Source of the DNA: a virus
Length of the DNA: 64,000 nt
IMG/VR virus record: IMGVR_UViG_3300042566_002057
Location: 1-64,000 of that record
Direction: 5' to 3' (one strand)
The first letter of the stretch is position 1; each line of letters starts with the position of its first letter. The notes under the pieces were generated by a model that was given only the letters and a program-made list of their open reading frames with translations, had not been told where the DNA came from and made no database searches. Below are positions 58,280-64,000 of the stretch, in pieces. A program made the translations under genes and the position numbers.

Positions 58280-59081
58280 CATTTATCAATGGTGTGGAAG
58301 ATTTGGAAATAATGTTCAACAAATATCTAATGCTATATTTTTTTGTAAAGAGAATTCATTGAACTTTCAGTCACCTGATAACGAAGTTATAAATTCATTT
58401 TCTGTGAATTTTGGTCAAAATCTTTGTAATCCAGGACTTTATTTTTTTCATATACCAAGTAAAATAGGCTCAGGTATTCCTGATTATACTACTGGTGATA
58501 TTCCTCTTTTATATAAAGTTCGTAGAGAAATTTGTAAAGAATATATCTATCCAAATCTAAAAATAAATTTTGATAACGTAAAAGAGTTAGATAATGATAC
58601 TGTTGTGATGCACATAAGAAGTGGTGATATCTTTTCAAGAAAAGATTATTATTGCTCGGTGGTATCAAACTACTTACAAAATCCTCTCGACTACTATATA
58701 AAAATCTCAGAAAACTATAATAAAGTAATTGTATTAACTGAAGACTATCAAAATCCTGTCATAGCTGAGTTAAACAAAATTGAAAAGTTTGATATTCGTA
58801 TATTAGGTATACAAGAGACAATAGAAATTATGTTATCTGCAAAGAATATAGTAACTTCTGGAGTATCAAGCTTTGGTATAGCTTGTGCTTTACTATCCAA
58901 AAATGTGAAGAGAGTTTATGCTTCTGATTTGATTGTTGATGAAATACTTAACTTCAATGATTTGATACAAACTGATATTGAAGTAAAAGTGACTAGTATA
59001 GATACCGAACGATATATTAAATGGAATAATTGGTTAAATAGTGATGAACAAAGAAAAATAATGATAGAATATGTTTTATAG
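58272..59081 (+). CDS. GT11-like fucosyltransferase
   Basis: GRFGNN, HIRSGD and SSF motifs. Confidence 0.65.
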   Translation: MNSIYQWCGRFGNNVQQISNAIFFCKENSLNFQSPDNEVINSFSVNFGQNLCNPGLYFFHIPSKIGSGIPDYTTGDIPLLYKVRREICKEYIYPNLKINFDNVKELDNDTVVMHIRSGDIFSRKDYYCSVVSNYLQNPLDYYIKISENYNKVIVLTEDYQNPVIAELNKIEKFDIRILGIQETIEIMLSAKNIVTSGVSSFGIACALLSKNVKRVYASDLIVDEILNFNDLIQTDIEVKVTSIDTERYIKWNNWLNSDEQRKIMIEYVL

Positions 59082-59691
59082 TCAGTCAGGTGAAGACCAA
59101 ATTTTATACGATAAGTATTTAAATTACAGAGATGGATTTTTTATAGAGTTGGGTGCAATGGATGGTGTTTGCTATTCAAATACACACTTTTTTGAGAATA
59201 ATTTAAATTGGACCGGGGTTTTGATAGAACCTACAAATCAATACAATCGGTTAATTGAAAATAGACCAAAATGTCATAATTTTAATTATGCTATTACTAA
59301 AGAAGAAGGATATGTAGACTTTGTTGGTGATGGTGCTGTTGGTGGTGTGGTTGAAACTATGCATGAAAATCATAGAATTGGAAATCATATAGATAATAAT
59401 ATCTATCAAGTAAAATCAATTCCAATCTCTGATTTACTAAAAGACTTAAATATAGAAAGAGTAGATTTATTTTCGATAGATGTTGAAGGTGGTGAGTTGC
59501 AAGTTTTAGAGACATTTGATTGGAGTATTCCTGTTTACATAGTATTAATTGAAATGGCAAGGTATTACCCTGAGAAAGATGAGAACTGTAGAAAAATACT
59601 TAGATCTAAAGGATTTGAACTAGACGCAACACTTAATATTAATAGTGGGTGTGAAGAAGTGTGGGTCAATAAAAATAATTCAAGAAAATGA
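59071..59691 (+). CDS. FkbM-family methyltransferase
   Basis: YSQSGED, ELGAMDG, GVLIEP and SIDVEGGE motifs. Confidence 0.9.
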   Translation: MFYSQSGEDQILYDKYLNYRDGFFIELGAMDGVCYSNTHFFENNLNWTGVLIEPTNQYNRLIENRPKCHNFNYAITKEEGYVDFVGDGAVGGVVETMHENHRIGNHIDNNIYQVKSIPISDLLKDLNIERVDLFSIDVEGGELQVLETFDWSIPVYIVLIEMARYYPEKDENCRKILRSKGFELDATLNINSGCEEVWVNKNNSRK

Positions 59692-60533
59692 AAATACTTA
59701 TATCAGATATTTACTTAGCAGGAAGAGACAATTGTGACTGGAAAGATGGTTATGAACTTTACTATGCATTTCAGAGTTTAGGATATCAAGTTGATATCGC
59801 TGGTAAAAATGGTATTATACCAGAAACCGAAATTCCTAATATAGCTCATAATTATGATTTAATAATCATAACTGAAAACTATCCACAATATAGTAATTGG
59901 CAGTGGTGGAATTGGAGAGAAATTAAAACACCTAAATTATTTTGGGCTATAGATACTCATCTAATTGACTTTACTGACTTTATTAATTATCATAAAATTG
60001 ATTATGTTGCTTTTAACAATAAGAGAGATATAGATAAAATGATAACATCTGCTAAAAAATTCTGGTTACCTTATGGTATTTCTAAAAAACACTATGGTGT
60101 TGATTATGAGACAGAAAAAGTACACGACATATCCTTTATTGGTGGATTAAATCCAGATAGACAATATTATATTGAAAAATATGGTATGAAACATTTTCAA
60201 CTTTATGGTCCAAATTATGTTAGAGAGATGCAAAAATCAAAAATTTGTTTCAATAAATCTATGTCTCACGATTTGAATGCTAAGAATATGGAAATAATAG
60301 GTTCGGGTACTTTTATGTTATCAAATATTAACGAAGACTTTTTACAATTTATGGACTATAATGAAAGTATAAAAGAAATGATGTACGTTGATGATATTGA
60401 TTTAGATAACAAAATCAAATTCTACTTAGAAAATGATGAGAAAAGAAATGAAATATCTAAAAATGCTAGAAATTACATCTTTGATAATCACTCATATGAG
60501 AAAAGAATGGAATATTTAATAAGCAATTTATAA
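59688..60533 (+). CDS. glycosyltransferase (CgeB-like, GT-B)
   Basis: SKICFN...N.KNMEI.G.G.F.L; HSYEKR. Confidence 0.75.
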   Translation: MKILISDIYLAGRDNCDWKDGYELYYAFQSLGYQVDIAGKNGIIPETEIPNIAHNYDLIIITENYPQYSNWQWWNWREIKTPKLFWAIDTHLIDFTDFINYHKIDYVAFNNKRDIDKMITSAKKFWLPYGISKKHYGVDYETEKVHDISFIGGLNPDRQYYIEKYGMKHFQLYGPNYVREMQKSKICFNKSMSHDLNAKNMEIIGSGTFMLSNINEDFLQFMDYNESIKEMMYVDDIDLDNKIKFYLENDEKRNEISKNARNYIFDNHSYEKRMEYLISNL

Positions 60534-60548
60534 AAAACAATTAAAAAA

Positions 60549-61358
60549 ATGAACAGAATTATTTATCTTCTAAAAAATGATCCTAAAGAGATAGGAATGT
60601 TATTCAAAAGTTTAGAACTATTGAATGCTAACTTTCTTCCTAATAATAACTACCCTATTTATATTTTACATGATGAACCAATTAGTGATGAGACATTTCA
60701 ACAACTCAAAGAATATTCTGGTGTTGATTTTACCACTGTACTTATCAGCTTTGAGACCGATGAATATAAATCTAAAACGGTGGGAGTGCCTGATCAAATT
60801 ATGGTTCCTGGTATTGATAGAGGATTTGGAATAGGTTATAGACATATGTGTAGATTTTACTCATATGGTATGTATCTTATTCCTGAACTACAAGATACCA
60901 ATTACTATTTACGATTAGATTGTGACTCATATTTTACAAAAACTGTAGATTTTGATATATTCAAGCATATGGAAAATGGTGGATTTATCTACGGTTACAA
61001 TCAAATTACAACAGACAATCCACTTGTGTCACAAGGTCTTTGGGAAACAAGTAAAGAATATTCTAAAACCGTTGATGTAATTAAAGTTCCAATAGATGAA
61101 ATTAGACAGTATAATGTTTACTATACAAACTTTGAGATTGCTAAATTTGGTTGGTTTAGTGAATCCGTATATAAAGGCTTCTTCAATCATGTTGATGAAG
61201 TTAATGGAATCTACATCTATAGATGGGGAGACCACTGTATCAAATATCTGGGTGTAGAGATGTTCTTAGAAGACAGTAAAAAATGCCATCTAAACCTACC
61301 TTACTCACATGGAAATATATATAACATAAATGAATTTCAACAATTTATTAATAGGTAA
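60549..61358 (+). CDS. GT15 (KRE2/Mnt1-like) mannosyltransferase
   Basis: GYRHMCRFYS, YYLRLD, YTNFEI and GIY.YRWGD motifs. Confidence 0.85.
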   Translation: MNRIIYLLKNDPKEIGMLFKSLELLNANFLPNNNYPIYILHDEPISDETFQQLKEYSGVDFTTVLISFETDEYKSKTVGVPDQIMVPGIDRGFGIGYRHMCRFYSYGMYLIPELQDTNYYLRLDCDSYFTKTVDFDIFKHMENGGFIYGYNQITTDNPLVSQGLWETSKEYSKTVDVIKVPIDEIRQYNVYYTNFEIAKFGWFSESVYKGFFNHVDEVNGIYIYRWGDHCIKYLGVEMFLEDSKKCHLNLPYSHGNIYNINEFQQFINR

Positions 61359-62127
61359 TACATCTCAGTTATCACAATATTTCCCTGAGGAAAATTTTGT
61401 TAAAATCTCATCAAGAGATATTGACTTTGATTACATCTGCTCACAAAATTGGAACAGAGTTTATATTTGTTTTGGTGAATCTAGAAAATTCATTACTGAT
61501 ATAAAGTTACATGATGACATTAACTTTTACTTGACACTACAGATAGTAGATAAACTTAAAGATATATCTAAAAATATTATAGTTTACTCATCTTGTGAAT
61601 TGTGGAATAAATATGATGGTCAAATTTCTATAGATTTAAATTTTAATTTCTATAGTACATCTTACTTACAGTCTAAATATAGGTTATCAAAGTATATTAT
61701 ATCAAATAAGTCTAAATACTCAAATGTTATAATACTTTATCCATTCAATTTTAATTCAACGTATAGAAGTGAAAATTTCTTATTTGGAAAAATATTTAAC
61801 TCAATAATAAATAAAAAAGTAGTAGAGATTGGTGATACCTATTTTTATAGAGATATTATACATCCAAAGTTTGTAGTTCAGAAATCATTAGTTTCAACAG
61901 AACATGAGATTATTGGTTCGGGTAGAAAAGTATTTGTGAATGATTTTATAAGAGATCTTTATAACGCATTTGGCTTAAAATATGAAGATTATGTAATTGA
62001 AAATACAAATAAATTCAATGAGTATGAGAAAAAAAACGAATACTATCTAAGATCTAATAGTTGTCTATATAATTATCAACAATTACTTAGTGATACGATA
62101 GAAGATATAAATAATTGTTTATTATGA
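61330..62127 (+). CDS. NAD-dependent epimerase/dehydratase-like protein
   Basis: YSSCE, YLQSK and YRDIIH motifs. Confidence 0.65.
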   Translation: MNFNNLLIGNTSQLSQYFPEENFVKISSRDIDFDYICSQNWNRVYICFGESRKFITDIKLHDDINFYLTLQIVDKLKDISKNIIVYSSCELWNKYDGQISIDLNFNFYSTSYLQSKYRLSKYIISNKSKYSNVIILYPFNFNSTYRSENFLFGKIFNSIINKKVVEIGDTYFYRDIIHPKFVVQKSLVSTEHEIIGSGRKVFVNDFIRDLYNAFGLKYEDYVIENTNKFNEYEKKNEYYLRSNSCLYNYQQLLSDTIEDINNCLL

Positions 62128-63011
62128 TAGATATTATATTAGTTCACACTGGTACTGTTTTTGAGAGTTATATAAATGATTGTATCACTCAACTAAAAAA
62201 ATTTAACTTAAAAATACATCTAATATTAAGTGATTGTTTGTTCGACAAGGTCGAACACAAAGATGTTATTTTAGTAAAAGCAGAAGACTACCTAGATGAT
62301 TATTATAATAATTTTAATCTTATTGGACATGACAATTCTTTTAGAGATGGATTTTGGATAAGAACTTCAACAAGATTCTTCTTGATAAATTCATATGCTC
62401 GTAATAACAACGTACAATCTTTTTTTCACATAGAAAATGATAATTTGATATTCAATGATTTAAACAACATCAAACAATTTTTACAATCACAATCTTATGA
62501 TATGGCCTTAGTTGTTGATTCAGAACAAAGATGTATACCATCTGTTATTTGGTTTAGAGATTCAACTATAACAAAAAGGTTATCAGAACACATTTATAAT
62601 AACAATAGTGTTAATGATATGACAAATTTGTATAATTTTTTTATATCAAATAGAGATATTGTCACAAACTTACCAATAATACCATCTTATGTAGAACAGA
62701 CAAAATTAATTAGTACTACCGGAATAAATTATTCTGGTGAAATTAATTATTCAAATTTTTATGAAGAGCTACAGTGTGTGTTTGATGGAGCTGCTATTGG
62801 TCAATACATAGGTGGAATTGACACAAGAAATAATCCAAGAGAAACTGAAGGTTTTGTAAATGAAACTACAATATTTGATGTTTCTAAATTCAATTTTTTT
62901 TGGAAAAATACAAAACCATATTTTGGTGATGAATTAATTCCTATAGTTAATTTACATTTACATAGTAAAAATCTAAAAAAATTCTTAAATTATGGACTTT
63001 ATACAAGGTGA
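62115..63011 (+). CDS. putative glycosyltransferase
   Basis: RFF, HIENDN, FDGAAIGQY.GGID and NLHLHSK motifs. Confidence 0.6.
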   Translation: MFIMIDIILVHTGTVFESYINDCITQLKKFNLKIHLILSDCLFDKVEHKDVILVKAEDYLDDYYNNFNLIGHDNSFRDGFWIRTSTRFFLINSYARNNNVQSFFHIENDNLIFNDLNNIKQFLQSQSYDMALVVDSEQRCIPSVIWFRDSTITKRLSEHIYNNNSVNDMTNLYNFFISNRDIVTNLPIIPSYVEQTKLISTTGINYSGEINYSNFYEELQCVFDGAAIGQYIGGIDTRNNPRETEGFVNETTIFDVSKFNFFWKNTKPYFGDELIPIVNLHLHSKNLKKFLNYGLYTR

Positions 63012-63837
63012 GAAATTCATATACTTACAAAATGAGAATATAGTTTATTGTGCAACTCACGATGTAAATCAGTTCTTCAGAAGTTGTCAAATTAGTAAAC
63101 CATTTATTTTAATAACACATAATAGTGATGGATATATAACTGACAATCCGAGATATGTAAATACACTTGAACCACATCACCACGCTGATGTGAGTCTAAT
63201 TCCAGAAAACTTACATAAATGGTTTGGTTGTATGGTAGAATATCAACATGAAAAAATAGTTTCAATACCAATTGGAGTTGAAAATGCAATGCACTTCCGT
63301 AACAAAGGAGAAATAATAATCAATACATTAAATAAAAAAAATAATAAGTATTCAGATAAATTACTTTTTGTCAATTTTAAGATTTCTAATAATTACTCAG
63401 AAAGAATATCTGCATACAAGTCTGTTGAAGGTAAACCATTTTGTACATTTTCAGAAAAAATGTTTACAGAAGAACAACTTAATCCACCTACAGAAGCTTT
63501 TCCACCTATACACACAGAACCTTATGAGTATTTTGTTGATGAGATTAGCAAACATAAGTTTGTTTTATGTCCGGTGGGTAATGGATTAGAATCACATAGG
63601 TTATGGGAAGTTCTATACATAGGTTCAATTCCTATTACTCGTAGAAATGTAAACTACTCATTTTACGAAGATAAACTACCTATACTTATGGTAGATGATT
63701 GGTCTGAAATCACAGAAGATTTTTTAATTCAGAAATATTCAGAAATAACAAACAAATTAGAGAATAACTTCTATAATTTAGAAATGTTAAATTTTTCATA
63801 TTGGAGAGATTTAATCATTAACGAATCAAAAAAATAA
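62992..63837 (+). CDS. exostosin-like (GT47) glycosyltransferase
   Basis: KFVLCPVGNGLESHRLWEVLY.GSIPI. Confidence 0.75.
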   Translation: MDFIQGEKFIYLQNENIVYCATHDVNQFFRSCQISKPFILITHNSDGYITDNPRYVNTLEPHHHADVSLIPENLHKWFGCMVEYQHEKIVSIPIGVENAMHFRNKGEIIINTLNKKNNKYSDKLLFVNFKISNNYSERISAYKSVEGKPFCTFSEKMFTEEQLNPPTEAFPPIHTEPYEYFVDEISKHKFVLCPVGNGLESHRLWEVLYIGSIPITRRNVNYSFYEDKLPILMVDDWSEITEDFLIQKYSEITNKLENNFYNLEMLNFSYWRDLIINESKK

Positions 63838-63843
63838 ATTAAA

Positions 63844-64000
63844 GTGAAATTTAGAATTATTCTTCCTCCAGTAGGTGGTTTATTTAGTCAACTACACATG
63901 GGTATTTGTATTCTTATAAAAGAGACAAATTTAGAAGATGTCGAGGCTTTTAATTTGAGTCCTTCCTCAATATATATAAATAAAAAGGATAATTATATAA
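63844..64000 (+). CDS. hypothetical protein, 3'-truncated
   Basis: GTG start; open to the window end; GGLFSQ. Confidence 0.5.
   Translation, partial: MKFRIILPPVGGLFSQLHMGICILIKETNLEDVEAFNLSPSSIYINKKDNYI

Overview
AT-rich, gene-dense segment that looks like a jumbo/huge tailed phage infecting Bacteroidota. Two promoter classes recur: host-type TTTG-N20-TAnnTTTG, and an AATATATA motif upstream of probable virion genes. The window carries about 46 tRNA or tRNA-like genes covering all 20 amino acids, translation and rescue genes (smpB, gltX, YqeY, Pth2-like), a probable GOLLD-like large ncRNA, a restriction-modification pair, four T9SS-type secreted proteins, a ClpC/ClpB-type ATPase and a >15 kb glycan biosynthesis island. 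Main discovery: six tRNA clusters are each preceded by a short leader ORF, a stop-codon-spanning antiterminator hairpin and an intrinsic terminator. Each leader is enriched in the codons read by the tRNAs downstream (F/H/W; S/R; Y/E; I/A/G; R/T/N/M/L/V/I/C; Q/P/D), and a seventh Lys-rich leader precedes the Lys tRNAs. This suggests ribosome-mediated attenuation that switches on phage tRNA operons when cognate charged tRNA runs short. All calls are by eye; no database searches or folding programs were run.
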